Part shown: in pieces, positions 49,403-63,724 of the stretch | How the letters are laid out: each line of letters opens with the position of its first letter | Position numbering within the stretch: position 1 is the stretch's first letter | From: Octopus bimaculoides | Lineage: Eukaryota | Assembly (NCBI RefSeq): GCF_001194135.2 | Contig: NC_068983.1 | Location: 70,807,878-70,871,877, forward strand | Reading direction: 5' to 3' | DNA: 64,000 nucleotides | Notes under the pieces: model-generated | Databases searched by the model: none | The model's input: only the letters and a program-made list of their open reading frames with translations | What the model was told of the DNA's origin: nothing | Program-made: the position numbers and the translations under genes

Positions 49403-52400
49403 GTGAAAGAAAGGAAGAAGTTTATTTTTTAATGCCTGGATCTGAAGTACCCAGAGATTGAAATGTCTTTTGTAAACTTGGATTGAAGTGATTACAGGTT
49501 GATATGGTTTGATTTTTAGATTTTCGTAATGATAATGATAAGGTTATTTATTCTTATATGTTATTTTGATGCTATGCCATCTCTGTTTGTGCTTGCGTTG
49601 TTGCTTTTTTCAATTTATCTGTGTTGTCTACATCTACAGCAATACTCATCCCAATTACTTTTATTCTATGAGAAAGATTCATAGGAAAGACTGTCGCGCT
49701 TATCTTGATAACACACTACAGCTTAAATAATTCTGGAAGATTCTGAAGCTTTTTCATATTCTTCAAATATCTGTTTCTCAAATAGCTTATTCTTCCTTCA
49801 CATTTATCCCGCATTTACCGCTTATGATATATGAGTTTTCTTATATTTTAAGATGACATCTTATAGAAATTTAAACAACTCATATGTTGTTGATGCAACT
49901 TGTAATATCACTGGTAATAGTCGAACTGAGGGAGTATTTTTTTCCAAATCTGACAATGAAAAGTTAGCTATAAACCTGACAGATAGCTCATAAAAATAAC
50001 ACCGGCATCCCTGATGGTGCATTTCAATCAACTTAATCGTTGTTATAAACCTTGTAATGTTAAATGATTGAAACATGAATACGTAAACTTAAGTGTATTT
50101 TCCGACTAAGAAAATTCATAAATCGAAATGGGAAATCACATAGATATGTATAATGTATTATGAAACCGCTAGCCACAATATGGTGATAAAGTATTGATCA
50201 TTTTACCTATCTTGTTAACCAACACATTATGAACTAACATCTGGGTCTCAGGATATTTTTCTAGGAAGTAAAAATTATTCAAATCACTTATCTGTATTCG
50301 AATAAAGTTGCAATTTTCTTCTTATGCCTAATAATATTATTACCTCAAACAAAACAAAACAATGTGATATCCTTTTTTTATAAAATGTATTATCAATAAC
50401 TCCTAGAGTCAAAGATGCGTGCATCCCACTAGATAATTGTCGCGAAGAATCTACAGGAATTTTCTTGAAAATCCCTGTAAAAAGTGGTTACTATTGTCAT
50501 CTGCAGACTGGCATCAAATCTACAATAGAAAACATGATTGCATGCAGAACCTCGTGAAATTATCTTCAACCAAGAAATCCAACGAGACTTCAGGACATAA
50601 GATAATATCCCAAAACTTTTATCACTTTTTTCCCCGGAATTTCTGAATTACTGTAAAATATATGGTAAGATTCTGTAAAGTATGTGGTAAGATTCTGACA
50701 ATAATTATCATCTGGTATTGCTTTGTGTTTGAAGCCATTTCATTCTTTTTTTCATGTATACTTTACAGGTTAAAGAATACCATACAAATTTTATCTAATG
50801 TAGCAAAGTAAAAGAATGAATGTAGACATATTTTCTTACCTTACCTGTACCTTTAATAGAGTATAACATCCGTTTCGTTTTTGTATTAGATCAAATTTTA
50901 GCTTCAAATTGTAATTACTACGTGCAAGATGTTATCTTTGTCACTCCTATTTGTAAAAACTCCCTTTTTTCCGCAACAAATAAGCGTTTGGTAAAAATGC
51001 TTGCCTCAATATCTTTACTGGAATTCTATAGGGCTAACAATAAATAAAAGTTTATTTGAGAATACACTTTTAAAGCATATTGTATTTTGTATCAATGGAA
51101 CACGATAGCATCTCAAGAATCAATACAAATGCTATTACCAATATTTTGACTTTACGAATGAATATTACCACAAGGATTGCTCTCGACACATCAAACAGAA
51201 GTGAACTTTCTAATATTCCGTATGAATGTATTATAGCAAGGTTATCTCCGTCCACAAGTGCGTCGAAAATGTGAGGATGTGTTTATAACCTGTTAGATCT
51301 TGTAAGCGAGTTCAACACAGTAGATCTTAATCGTATATGGATTTTGTATTTTGTGAATTGCAAAATGTACTAAAAAGTTAACAAAATATGTCTTCCTGTG
51401 GTTTATAGAGGTTTATAGTTTTCCATGTTGAAGTGGATGTCCAGGCAGATGCAGTAGGATCACGTTGTGTCATTAAGGAAAATAATTTATATGTTTAGTG
51501 CTCACAATTATGAAAACAGCTAAAAGTTAATTTGTTCCCTGCATAAAACAGAAATGCGCGGAAGATTGTATGGAGAGGAAAATTTTCCCTCCATACATCG
51601 AAGGCATAACTAAAAAGCTGCTGTTAGTGTTACTGAGATGATCTATGAGTTCAGAGCAACTATGATAGATCAAAGCATTGACGAACGGATCATCCAGTCT
51701 TTTCTTTTTTTCAAATAGTATATTTAATATTAAATTAGTCACTAGCGTTTTTTTTTCTAGGAAATTTGGCTGCAATTTTCAGTCGGTGCAATTTTCAGTA
51801 AAGGGGATCACCTCTTTAACACGTTGTCGTTGACGATGATGTTGTCATTCTTGTTGCATTGTGGTGTCTGTTGGACTTTTATTCCAAGTAGATGTGAAGT
51901 TTAGATGGGAGAAATATAATATACAGTCATATGATAAATATTTGAATTCAGTTTCAGAGATATCCGTGGATTGTTTTGGGTTTTTGTTTTATTATTTGTA
52001 AGTGATTGCTATCATGGCAAGTGTGGACAGATTGCAACTACAGGTTTTTATATGATTGGGTTATTAAGAGTATTAATGCTCACATCAAAATGGGACTGTT
52101 TTCTCTGATACGCGTTAAAAACACGACATTTTCAATTTAAAGAAATAAGGAATATATTATTACCATCGTTATGCGTCAAATAACATTTGGGAATATTTTT
52201 TAGTATTATGTATAAGAAATAACATCTTTGAACATAATCAGTAAAAAAGAAGGCATTTAAAATAAAAATTCTTGGAAATTTGTGTATTTCGATACATGGA
52301 TTTGTCCAAATGATTAGAAATATAACTGTAATTCACAGAGTAAGCCAGCAAAGAATACGGTTGCTGGGAAATGATTCGCTTGGTAAACATGAAGCTCACA

Positions 52401-53509
52401 TTTACATAGATCTCTTGTATAGATCTGTTTTCCTATAAAACATTGGCTTCAAAATGTGTATTAAAATATAATTCACTTACAAATACCTGGGTTTATCCTG
52501 TCTAGTTAACTTCGACTTGGTTTTATTAGAAAACTGAAATTCATCATCGTTAGTAGTGATCAGTTAGAATGGAACTGTTAGAAGCCAAAAATTAAAGAGA
52601 TGTGATTCCATTGTGACATGTATGTTACGTTTATTTTACATACGTATAAAAACATGCAAAATGACAAATTCTTTTACTAGAGGCTCTAGCCATAAATTGT
52701 TTTAATGGCCATGTTGCTTTTAGTATACCACAAATAGAGAAATCATTTTAGCTAAAACAAGAAAATAAAAACCCAAAAGCATAGAATTTTTCTAAATTTG
52801 TATACTAATGTAATTCCTCTGGATGGGCTTTCTGAAAAATACTAGATTTCCAAAGTTTGACACACAACCTGTTCTGCTGAATCTAAAATTACCAAGTCTT
52901 GTTTTGGACACAAGTTTTCTGCCATTGAACAAAAATGTTTCGCTACAACACTAAAGTGGCTGTCCACGAAATATCGTATTAGGTATATAACGAAGAGTAT
53001 CATGATGAAAGAAGTGATTAAGGAGTAGGGCTAGATTTTCTTGAAATGTCGTCTTAAATATGTTTCATTTCACTGCCGTTCTGAGTTTCAAATTCTTTAC
53101 TATTAAATTGGATTTACCACCAGATTTGGAATACTTAAATCAATCGTCAAATTAAGGAATTCTCTGATTTATAAAATTCTTCTAGATATCGCAATGCAAC
53201 TATTTAGACCTTCTCTCACTTGAAGAATTGTGTCAACCATCACTCAGTGAGCAAGATATAAATATTACTTATGCATTTGAATGTTCGTATGGAGTTAATT
53301 TAAGATTATGGATAGTTTTCGTTAAATATAACATGACAGATGCAACGAAGAGATAAAAGGGAGCCAAACAACGTAGTCTTAGTATAATGCAAAGAAATAT
53401 TATTTTTGCTTTAGTCCTTAAAGTTATGAAGCAGATTATAAAATACGGTATCTATTTTTTTTTAATATTTATCAGTGAAATCGGAAAAAACTCTGCATAC
53501 GCACACACC

Positions 53510-53675
53510 TACCTACCTGCTTACGTGCCTACGTACCTACCAACCTACCTACCCACATACATACATACATACATACATACATACATACATACATACATAC
53601 ATACATACATACATGCATACATACATGCATACATGCATACATACATACATACATACATACATGCATACATACGTA
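53510..53675. repeat. (TACC)n/(TACA)n compound microsatellite
   Basis: Read directly. Confidence 0.95.
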
Positions 53676-54527
53676 TATGATCTAACTTATTAAACACAGT
53701 TCAACAAATTCATTCACTTTTATGTAGTGGAGACGATTAGACATTAAAATGGATTATAGTTTTTATTATTCATGTTGCTATACAATTGCTTTCATACAAA
53801 AAGACTCAGATATTCATAGGAGAAAATCGGAATAGTCAAATTTGTACTCGCCGGTAGCTGGGATAAAAACTAAAACAGACGTTAGAAGTATATAGATTTT
53901 CTCTTAGTAATCATATTGTATTTATGTGTTCGTTCTTGAAGTCATGCTTATTTTAAACAAGACTAAAAAAAAATATAATTGGGTGCTAATATATGTAATA
54001 TTAAAAAAACTGACATTCTCTGTATGAATTTCTATATGTGTCTATTTAAAACTCCGTAAATGAATAACATCAACTGGTCAGACTGTATTTGTATTTACGA
54101 TGAGGAATCCAAAGAAGGAAGTGAAAGATTGTTGAAATACAAATTTAGTTTTTACTTAACCGTCAATTATACTTTGAATTATCAGAAAAGAAATTGTTTA
54201 ATAGTATTCAATAATAATCTCAGGTTTATAAAAGAGGTGAGTGGAATGTGAATGTGGTAAAAGTGAGGAGAAAGCGAGGAAGCAGCAAACAGGGGAATCA
54301 GTAGAGAAAACGGAATGGAAAGTAAAACAAAATTTAATGTAAAGTGACAAGTGCTGAGGAACCGCAATAAGTAAGTAAAGATGGAAAATAAGTGGGGGGG
54401 GGGAGGAATAGCTCTGGGAATATCAAACTGTGAGTATGTAAAAACGCAGAGAAAAAAGGAGCAAAATGGTAAAGAAATATATGGAATATACATATATTGG
54501 AAAAAGGTGGAGTGGCAAAGGAGGATA

Positions 54528-54904
54528 TCTTTCATAGTTTACTTGTTGCAGTCATTAGATTGCAGCCATGCTGAGGCAACACCTTCAGGAATTTTTAGTC
54601 GAATGAATTGACCCCAGGATTTGTTATTGTCGAATCGCTAAGTTACAGGGTTGTAAACACACCAACAGCGGTGGGAGGACAAACAGAGACAAAGACGCCA
54701 GCGTGGGCACCGGCGCGCGCGCGCACACACACACACATACGACGGGCTTCTTTCAGTTTCCGCGTACCAAATCTACTCACAAGGTTTTAGTCAGACCGAG
54801 GCTATAGTAGAAGACACTTGCCCAAAGGGCCACGCAGTGGGGTTGAACTCGGAACAATATGATATGGAAGCAAACTTCTTACTACACAGTCACGCCTGCA
54901 CCTA
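54528..54904 (-). mobile_element. SINE family B, full length
   Basis: tttacttgttgcagtcattagattgcagccatgct...gacgggcttctttcagtttcc...agtagaagacacttgcccaa...cacacagtcacgcctgcaccta. Confidence 0.88.
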
Positions 54905-55097
54905 TTTAACTTATATGATCATAACATGGATATTACAAAAATGAATGCAAAAAAACGGTGTAAAGACTGCACAAAAAGAAGTTATCTGACATAAAACAGG
55001 TTCAAGTTCAGGTAAGTGGCTGTAAAGTCAATAAAACGAAAGAGGGACTGTTGTGTTGGAAGGCAGAGAGGATTAAAACAGAAGGGTTAAAAATTAA

Positions 55098-55495
55098 CGC
55101 ATGAGTGGCGGTGTGGTAAGTAGCTTGCTCACCAACCACATGGTTCCGCGTTCATTCCCACTGCGTGGAACCTTGGGCAACTGTATTCTACTATAGCCTC
55201 GGGCCGACCAAAGCCTTGTGAGTAGATTTGGTAGATGGAAACTGAAAGAAGTACGTCGTATATACGTATATATATGTGTATGTGTATGTTTGTATGTCTG
55301 TGTTTGTCCCCCCAACATCGCTTGACAACCGACGCTGGTGTGTTTACGTCCTCGTCACATTAGCGGTTCGGCAAAAGCGACGGATAGAAAAAGTGCTAGG
55401 CTTCCAAAGAATAAGTCCTGGAGTCGATTTGCTCGACTAAAGGCGGTGCTACAGCAAATGACTGAAACAAGTAAATGAGTAAAAGAGTAAAGAGT
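55098..55495 (+). mobile_element. SINE family B, full length (tRNA-like head, ccttgggcaa central motif, short repeat tail)
   Basis: gagtggcggtgtggtaagtagcttgctcaccaaccacatggttccgcgttcattccc...aaatgactgaaacaagtaaatgagtaaaagagtaaagag. Confidence 0.92.
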
Positions 55496-56086
55496 ATACA
55501 GCACGTGGGGAAAGAAGAGTTTATTGTAGGATGTGTAAAAGGAGTGAAAATATTACATAANNNNNNNNNNNNNNNNNNNNNNNNNNNNNNNNNNNNNNNN
55601 NNNNNNNNNNNNNNNNNNNNNNNNNNNNNNNNNNNNNNNNNNNNNNNNNNNNNNNNNNNNNNNNNNNNNNNNNNNNNNNNNNNNNNNNNNNNNNNNNNNN
55701 NNNNNNNNNNNNNNNNNNNNNNNNNNNNNNNNNNNNNNNNNNNNNNNNNNNNNNNNNNNNNNNNNNNNNNNNNNNNNNNNNNNNNNNNNNNNNNNNNNNN
55801 NNNNNNNNNNNNNNNNNNNNNNNNNNNNNNNNNNNNNNNNNNNNNNNNNNNNNNNNNNNNNNNNNNNNNNNNNNNNNNNNNNNNNNNNNNNNNNNNNNNN
55901 NNNNNNNNNNNNNNNNNNNNNNNNNNNNNNNNNNNNNNNNNNNNNNNNNNNNNNNNNNNNNNNNNNNNNNNNNNNNNNNNNNNNNNNNNNNNNNNNNNNN
56001 NNNNNNNNNNNNNNNNNNNNNNNNNNNNNNNNNNNNNNNNNNNNNNNNNNNNNNNNNNNNNNNNNNNNNNNNNNNNNNNNNNNNNN

Positions 56087-56118
<32 letters not shown>

Positions 56119-56525
56119 TTACCTATCTATTTATCTATCTATCTATCTACCAGTATATCTGTCTACCTGATCAACTAGCCTACTATCCAGTTATTTATCC
56201 AGATATTTAATTAGAAATCTACCTATATAGCAACTCATAGATAAGTAGATTGGTACTTTAGCAACTTAACCATTTTCTCCTTTACCCACTTTGTAACTTT
56301 CTCTACGTAAACTAATTTCTGTCTCATCTATTACACAGGTTTCTCGACTGTTCCCCCTTTTCTGCCTCCTTGTCTCTTGCTCATCTTTACGTATTCACAT
56401 TCCATTCCACTAATTCATTCACAGCCTAAACTCGCATCCCACAACTCTTACTACTATGCCCATCCTCAATATATATATATATATATTAATGTATATGATT
56501 GATGTTTACATACGATATAGATGTT

Positions 56526-56965
56526 ACTTTTTTTACTTGTTTCAGTCATTTGACTGTGACCATGCTGGAGTACCGCCTTTAGTCGAGCAAATCGACCCCA
56601 GGACTTATTCTTTATAAGCCTAGTACTTATTCTATCGGTCTCTTATGCCGAACTGCTAAGTTACGGGGACGTAAACACACCAGCATCGGTTGTCAAGCGA
56701 TGTTGGAGGGACAAACACAGACACACAAACATATACACACANNNNNNNNNNNNNNNNNNNNNNNNNNNNNNNNNNCACGCATATATATATACATATATAC
56801 GACGGGCTTCTTTCAGTTTTCCGCCTACCAAATCCACTCACAAGGCTTTGGTCGGCCCGAGACTATAGTAGAACACACTTGCCCAAGGTGCCTCGCAGTG
56901 GGAATGAACCCAGAACCATGTGCTTGGTAAGCAAGCTACTTACCACACAGCCACTCCTTCGCCTA
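56526..56965 (-). mobile_element. SINE family B, full length, with an internal N gap
   Basis: Reverse complement closely matches 55098-55495 along its length. Confidence 0.92.
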
Positions 56966-56997
56966 CGTTATGTATAATATATAAAAAAAACAAAAAG

Positions 56998-57310
56998 GGC
57001 AAAGATCCCTTTCGGTCATGAATGACTATAGGATTGCACCTAGAATGTTATCTTCCAAGACAGAAGTCAGGGCAAGGTTGTTTATGAAAGACCAGTAGTC
57101 GCCCATGCATACCAGCCTCCCCACTCCACGCCACTGATGTTATCCAAGAGAAAGGCAAAGGCCGATACAGCTTGGCACCAGTGACATCACAACTCATTTC
57201 TACAGCTAAGAGAGCAGGAGTAACGTGAAATAAACACACAACCCGGTCCGGGGAATCGAACTCACTACCTCATGTTTGTGAGCCCGACGCTCTAAAAACT
57301 GAGCCATATA
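56998..57310 (-). mobile_element. tRNA-derived SINE family C
   Basis: Minus-strand head tatggctcagtttttagagcgtcgggctcac...gagttcgattcccgg (A and B boxes), followed by tttatttcacgttactcctg, shared with 63725-64000. Confidence 0.75.
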
Positions 57311-57816
57311 CATAGATTCATACATATGTCCATCGGCCATCTTTCTTTCTTTCTCTCCATTGCAGCAGGAACAAGGAAGACGTTTTCTTGTTTCTCTCCT
57401 GTCCTAGCTTGATTTACGCGTTCGCCACCACAACCTCGTTTACGCTAAGCAGCCCTTCCTGTTTGTTTTCACTATCCTGTTTGTGTTATCTATTTTGACC
57501 CTCCGCAAAATCACAGATTTTATTTTATTTGCTTTGCTGGAGCAACTGTTTTATCGAAAGCGAATATTGTGGTTAAATGCTCGAAATACGGGACTAGAGA
57601 AACAGCCAACAACTTATGAAGGGTCGTTTTTATGTTGTTTGTTTTGTTTTCCATTTGTGTCTTTCGTTGTTCGAAAGAATAGTTCATATTCCATGTACTC
57701 GTGGTTCGTACTTTTTTGTTGCATACGTCTCGTGACGTCCCGTGCCCACATATTCATATATACGAATAGATATGTAAGTATGTGCATATTCGTATGTATA
57801 TATGCATATATATGTA

Positions 57817-57825
<9 letters not shown>

Positions 57826-57893
<68 letters not shown>

Positions 57894-57925
57894 TGTGTGT
57901 GTGTGTGTGTATGTGTGTGTGTTTG
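57826..57925. repeat. (GT)n microsatellite
   Basis: Read directly. Confidence 0.95.
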
Positions 57926-58869
57926 TATACAGACACACGCAGATATGCATATATCCAAATATGTAAAATTTCCTGAGCACAAAAGAATCAATGAACAAAT
58001 GAACGTAACTCATATCTTGTGTATGAGTATATATATGGATGTAGATGGTTAATGTGTGTGTATATACATACGCAGGTTTTTGGTATATGCCTGTGGTGCA
58101 TATATGTGCTGGTGCGCGTGTGTGTATGTGTGTATGTGTGCGCGCACAATTACCTAGATTTTTCTGTCTTAAAGTGAATAACGAACTCTATTCATGTGTG
58201 TTTAAAATTTCAGAGAAGATTGTAAACAACACGAAATGTATTTTAGGTTTCTGATGCAAGCTCTGTTATTCATAAATTTTTTATTAATTATATAATCAAG
58301 CCATCAATAAACTATTTACAGACCAATCTAACGATTAGAGTTAACTTTTGGTTTGCATTTAATTAGGAGACTTGCTAAAATTTAATTTCAGGGACAGAAG
58401 AATGAAGTCAACGATGCGTGAAACTTATTAGGAGAACCTTCCTTATTTTTTTATCTGTTCAATGAGAAACACATGCTGTGTTCACATCTGTTTATATTTA
58501 CATTGAATTAAACAAATTCTTTAGCTTAAATACTTGAAATGTGTATTAGATTTTTAGTCAAGGTTCAAAACAGTATGTGTACGCATGTGCGTGAGAGTGT
58601 ATGTGCGTCTGTATGTGCATGTGCCTGTGAGAGAGATAGAGAGAGGTAGAGAGATAGAACGAGGTAGAGAGAGAGAGAGAGTGTGTGTGTGTGTGTCCTT
58701 CATCGATGAAATAGCTACATGTTTGTGTCCTTTATTGATCAAATAGCAACTATTGTGTCTCAGCATAAGCTTAGAGTTTGTCCTTAATAGATATACTTTT
58801 TCACCTCACTTACATTGCGACCTCCATTTTCTTAATCTGGTATTAGTTTTCGGACTGAGTTTATCTAGT

Positions 58870-59330
58870 TTATTTCTAATCCAGGTTATTTCGTGAGCAT
58901 GGTGAGCAACTGAACTGGAGTTTCTGCGATGAACACAGTTCGTCTGCCAATCGGAAGTGTGTTGGTAGCTTACTGCTTATGTTAATGCTACATTGTCAAT
59001 GTTTTTACTGGCGCTTACGAGAAATGTGGCGAAGAGCATTTGAGAGATATCTCTTTGATTGATTTTCTTCCTGACTGGAAATTCTTACGGGTGCTGAAAA
59101 CAAAGCTTTGTCGTGGTACATCCTGATTTCCGTCCTTGAGAATTTCGATGAATTGTGCTTCGAGTCTTTGCGCCTCAAGAGATATAAGCACTGCATTCAT
59201 CCCAATTTCATCAAAGCCTTTCTCGCAATCTACGAAGGTAAGGTAAAGAGACAGCTAATGCTATTTCCCTCCTTCTAGATGTTATAAAAGGAGTATATAA
59301 TCTATCGTACTGTAGTTAACTCATCATTGA
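58870..59330 (-). mobile_element. RTE-clade LINE reverse transcriptase relic
   Basis: NYSTIDYI...LYLTFVDCEKGFDEIGMNAVLISLEAQ (cf. YSTIDHI...LTFVDYEKAFD), a degenerate GVRQGD-SP region, then VFIAETPVQLLTML. Confidence 0.75.
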
Positions 59331-60419
59331 TGCTTGGTCTCCAATAGCACAAGTGCTGGATTAAGTAGCATTAATTCTAGCCCGTGAAAATCAAATGCCT
59401 ATAAGGTAAGGTAAAAGAGATAAAGCCCCAAAGAGACACTGTATAACAACTAGAGAGAAATGAACACACGTAGATATCTTCACACGCAGATATGACCTCC
59501 ACAGCAGAGTTGATCAATACTTCATTGGTCTTTTCAAGAACTAGAGGCGCTTGACGAACCAAACTTAAAATTAGATCAACGAAGGTGCAGCCTATGATCA
59601 GTCATGGTCAAAGTGTTGAAAAAAATTAAAGGTACAAGAATATCCAAGAGGATCATTTAGGCTTTAATGATTTTTCCTATTTCCTCATTTGTCCTTTATG
59701 CTTGTGAAGAATAGCATAACTACAGTTTTTAGACCATCATTGTTTCAAAACTTTTGTATCCAAAATTTACAGGATTGTGATGGGTAGTCATTAATGTTTG
59801 TAATAATCAGAATGATGTATCATTATAATAGCATTTATGTAGGCACTATTTGCAAATGATTATAAGAATATTGTTATAAATGACAAAATCATCGAGACAG
59901 TATTTAAAAATTGAATAATTTAATGTTAAATTCTTGTAGAAAATAACATTGTTTGTCTTGTAATATATCTCTATTTTCATTTCTGCTTGTATTTTGCAAT
60001 TACTAAATTTTCCGTTGTTATTTGCCTTTATGATTTGTTGGCGGGATGAGGGCAGAGGCAGAATATCTTGCTGAAACCTGCCGCATAGATACTATAGGGA
60101 GATCAAATTTATTAACGCGCAAACAAGTAATTTTCTCGCCAACAGCGAAATATTATAATTGCTTGCATAGCAGAAAATAACGATGCACGCTCGTATGTAC
60201 ATATGTACACAATTGTATGTATGTATGTATGTATGTATGTATGTATGTATGTATGTATGGGTAGATAGATGGATGGATGGATGGATGGATGGATACACGC
60301 ATTCATAATACAGTTTTGTACTTATTTTACAAGATACATGAGAAAGATTCTGAAAGAATTGATACAGCTCGGGATACATTTTGCTAATAAAGAAAGACAC
60401 ACTGATTGTATACTCACTT

Positions 60420-60610
60420 AAGACGGCGTGTTGGCAGAATCGATAGTGCTTAGTGGCAATTGTTTCGGGTTTTTACATTCTGAGTTCAAATTCCGCCAAG
60501 TCGATTTTGCCGTTCATCCATGCAAAGTCGATAAAATAAGTACCATTTAGCACTGGGATTCATCTAATCTGTTTAATCCCTTGCTCTAAATTGCTTGCCA
60601 TGTGCCAAGT
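60420..60610 (+). mobile_element. SINE family A, decayed
   Basis: aagacggcgtgttggcagaatcg...ctgagttcaaattccgccaagtcgattttgcc.ttcatcc...gtcgataaaataagtacca. Confidence 0.82.
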
Positions 60611-62300
60611 CAACTTATCTAATCAATGTTCTGGATTGTTGTTGGATCAGTCAATCATATCGTTTCCTCATCTATAACTTACCCTAATTCGTTCTACGTT
60701 TGTCACAAACTGTTTTTTTTTCCTTCTTATCCTCGCTATTTGGAGTTTATTGAACGAACATTGTGTGTGTATATATGTCATTATTATTGGAAGTGTCTTA
60801 GTGTGTTTATGTGTCGTGTATTTCCTGTGTGGATGTATTTTGCGTGTTTGCGTATGATTTCGTGTGTGCACCTGGCGAAATAGTAGGTTGTTCTTTCAAC
60901 CGCCATTCGTTGGGGATTTTGAAAGTTTTGCATTTTTGTGTTTTTTAAACTACATCATTTTCCCACTCTAAAATGGAAATATGAATACTTTAACAGCTGG
61001 AAAACAATCGGAGAAGGATGGCATGCTATGTGAATGATGCAAAATAAATATATATTTACTACTGGGTTAAATTGTAACTTCTCTACATTACTAGGTTTCT
61101 ACTAAAGTTTACTAATTTGTTGGATTTTATCCCAACTTAACAATGATCTGCGGTATGGTGAAAAATATTCAACCTATGTATTCAAACTGTATATTCTTTC
61201 TAATGCTGTCAACAGTTATATTATTTTAACAGCCCTTGTAAAATGTAAGATTGAAGCATGTGGGTTAAGGACAATTTGGCTGTTATTTACAGCCCATCGA
61301 ACGATTAGTAGAATCTGTTCAATGATATATTTTTTATGTGTGTCTTTTTTTTTTCTTCTAATGGATTATCGAGAAAATTTGTTTATGAAAAATGAAAAAA
61401 GGTATTGCAAAGATCAGCTTAAAAGTGAACATGTATAGCTTGTGTAGATGTGTGTGAATATGTGTGTGTCAGGATTTCTTTGTGTATGTGTATATGTGTG
61501 TTTGAGTGCGTGGTAGTTTTCCGATTAAATTCGTCACTGTGTAGGAAGCGATATGCCATTATGTATATAATCGTCGCTTTACATTTCTTTTGGTTATTGT
61601 TAGTCGATTGTCTGCCTTGAGTAGAGGTTTCAAAATTAATGAGAATTCCTCCAGCGATCTTATGTCTGTTTATATATTTAATTTCTTAAACATGGTGTGT
61701 TATCGATTATGGCTTCCTTATAGCGAAGTGGGAATGTGTTGATGAAGGTGTTCGTGTATAAAGAACTTCTGAATTCAGGTAAATGGAAAAGTATCTACGG
61801 AAATTAATGTCAGTTCTATCAATATCTTTCTTATGGTATTGTATGAGATATCATGTTATTGTTAGATCATATTTTGTTATATCATTTTATTGAGCGAAAG
61901 AAATAACTAAAGCTTGATGCTTGGATAGTATATGACATACACATGCAAAATATCTGAGGCCTAACAAGGGTTATTGATGTAGCAGGCTGTCTCTGAAAAT
62001 TATGGTGCTAAATTGGTTCCACACGTATTAGTGAAGTGATGATTGGTGTCGATTTTGTTTCAAAAATGTATGAATATTAAGAAATTTTAGATTTGCATTC
62101 ATTTTACTCAATTAAGACTGTCCTGAATTATTTTAATGGCATTTAAAATATGTAAGGATATCTTTATTAAATCTTAATGGTTTTTTTACTGTTTGTATAT
62201 CAAGTATAGTTTAAATGAAAACAATTTTTTTCGTAATTCCTTAACAATTTGTAAAATTATTTAACCACTAATCAAATCAGGCTTTAGAAGATTGTTTTCG

Positions 62301-62325
62301 CTGACGAGGTTTAATACCACCGAAA
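62301..62325 (+). ncRNA. Hammerhead core and stem II without a recognisable stem I
   Basis: CTGACGA-GGT-TTAATACC-ACC-GAAA followed by a palindromic AAATATTT. Confidence 0.35.
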
Positions 62326-62934
62326 TATTTATTTGACTACGACTTTCCCTACTGTCAAAGATCGAATTCTGTTTTCTGTACAATTAATTTTTCTCTTTTT
62401 TTTTTAAATACGTTTTCCTATGCTTTGATAGTCGCTAATAATTCCGCCGATTTTGGAATTTCTTCTCCAAATAAAAGGCAAATTTCATTTCCTTGAATAT
62501 GTTTTGCACCCTATGTCACCACCTCCTGAAATACATAAAATTAGCATTATTCATCTCTCAAATTATTTTTGCATCAACTTTAATCGGTTTTGTTATTTTG
62601 GATCTTCATTTAAAATTCAAGATTGTATTTAACTATGAAATCGAACTTGAATTTTGAAGTAGACTGAATTTTAATGAAATATATTTCTTGATTTTTTTTC
62701 CCTTTTATTATTATCCGTTCTTTTCTATTAGCATACAAAAAGATATAAATGGAGCTTATGATGGGCAGTAATTTATTACAAATTCCTAATTAGTTCAATC
62801 CAAATTGTTGATTTATTTCCTAAAATCAAACAACCTTAAATCACATTACAATTGTTTTATGTACTTAGGTACTATGCGCATATATTTGAGCATATATTTA
62901 TTGTCTTATTAAAAAGTCTGTTTGATAATATAAT

Positions 62935-63215
62935 ATACAGGTGTGGTTGTGTGGTAAAGTGGTTGCTTCCCAACCATGTGATGTTTGTTTGAGTCGTACT
63001 GTGTGAGAGTTTAGGCAAACGTCTTCCAATATAACCACTAGGAGATTAAAATCTTGTGACAGGATTTCCAAGACGAAAACTGAGAGAAGACTGTTGTGTA
63101 TATGTATATATAGACATGTGTGTCTTTTAGTTTTTTCGTCTCAACTACCACCTGATAACCGGTGTCGGTTTCTATATTTGACAGAAAGAAACCGATAATA
63201 TAAGGACCAGACATA
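62935..63215 (+). mobile_element. SINE family B-related decayed copy
   Basis: gtggttgtgtggtaaagtggttgcttcccaaccatg...taggcaaacgtcttcca...gaaaactgagagaag...accgata. Confidence 0.7.
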
Positions 63216-63269
63216 AAATGATAAGTACAGTGGGCGGATTTCTTCGAACAAACATGAATATGGTTTTTC

Positions 63270-63399
63270 AAACCTGGAATATGTAAAAGATAAAAACTAC
63301 CCACTCTGCCTATGTTCAGCGAATACCACAAATGAAGCACGGATAAACATGGAAAATACTTTCATGCAAAAGTACAAACCAAGACTTAACAAACTTTAA
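63270..63399 (+). mobile_element. Penelope-like GIY-YIG extreme C-terminus
   Basis: YPLCLCSANTTNEARINMENTFMQKYKPRLNKL* matches the R...E..FI..Y.P.LN end motif. Confidence 0.55.
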
Positions 63400-63683
63400 A
63401 AGAGAACATACACAAATAACTATTCACACACAAAATTCATTCTGCCACTTATCATGAAGAAGTTACACAGCTAACAACCCAAATGTTAACCATTAGACTA
63501 CATACGAACGACTCCTGTCCACTGTCCCACCAGACAGATTAAATTTCTGTTGCCTGATCAGCTAAGACAGCTGTATGTATATATATCCTGTATACAAACA
63601 TACATACAAACATACATACATACATACATACATACATACATACATGCATACATAAACACACACACACTCACACACACACACAA

Positions 63684-63724
<41 letters not shown>

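Noticed and set aside
55098-55170. tRNA-like A/B boxes here and at 57240-57310, 63940-64000 and 48130-48215
   Set aside because: They do not form cloverleafs and continue into SINE bodies, so they are SINE heads and not tRNA genes.
57255-57280. TGAGGTAGT (let-7 seed-like) on the minus strand
   Set aside because: Only 9 nt match, and it lies within a SINE tRNA-like head.
58876-59240. Apparent plus-strand exon (ccag acceptor ... GTAAG donor)
   Set aside because: No frame is open throughout, and the minus strand is a clear RTE reverse transcriptase relic.
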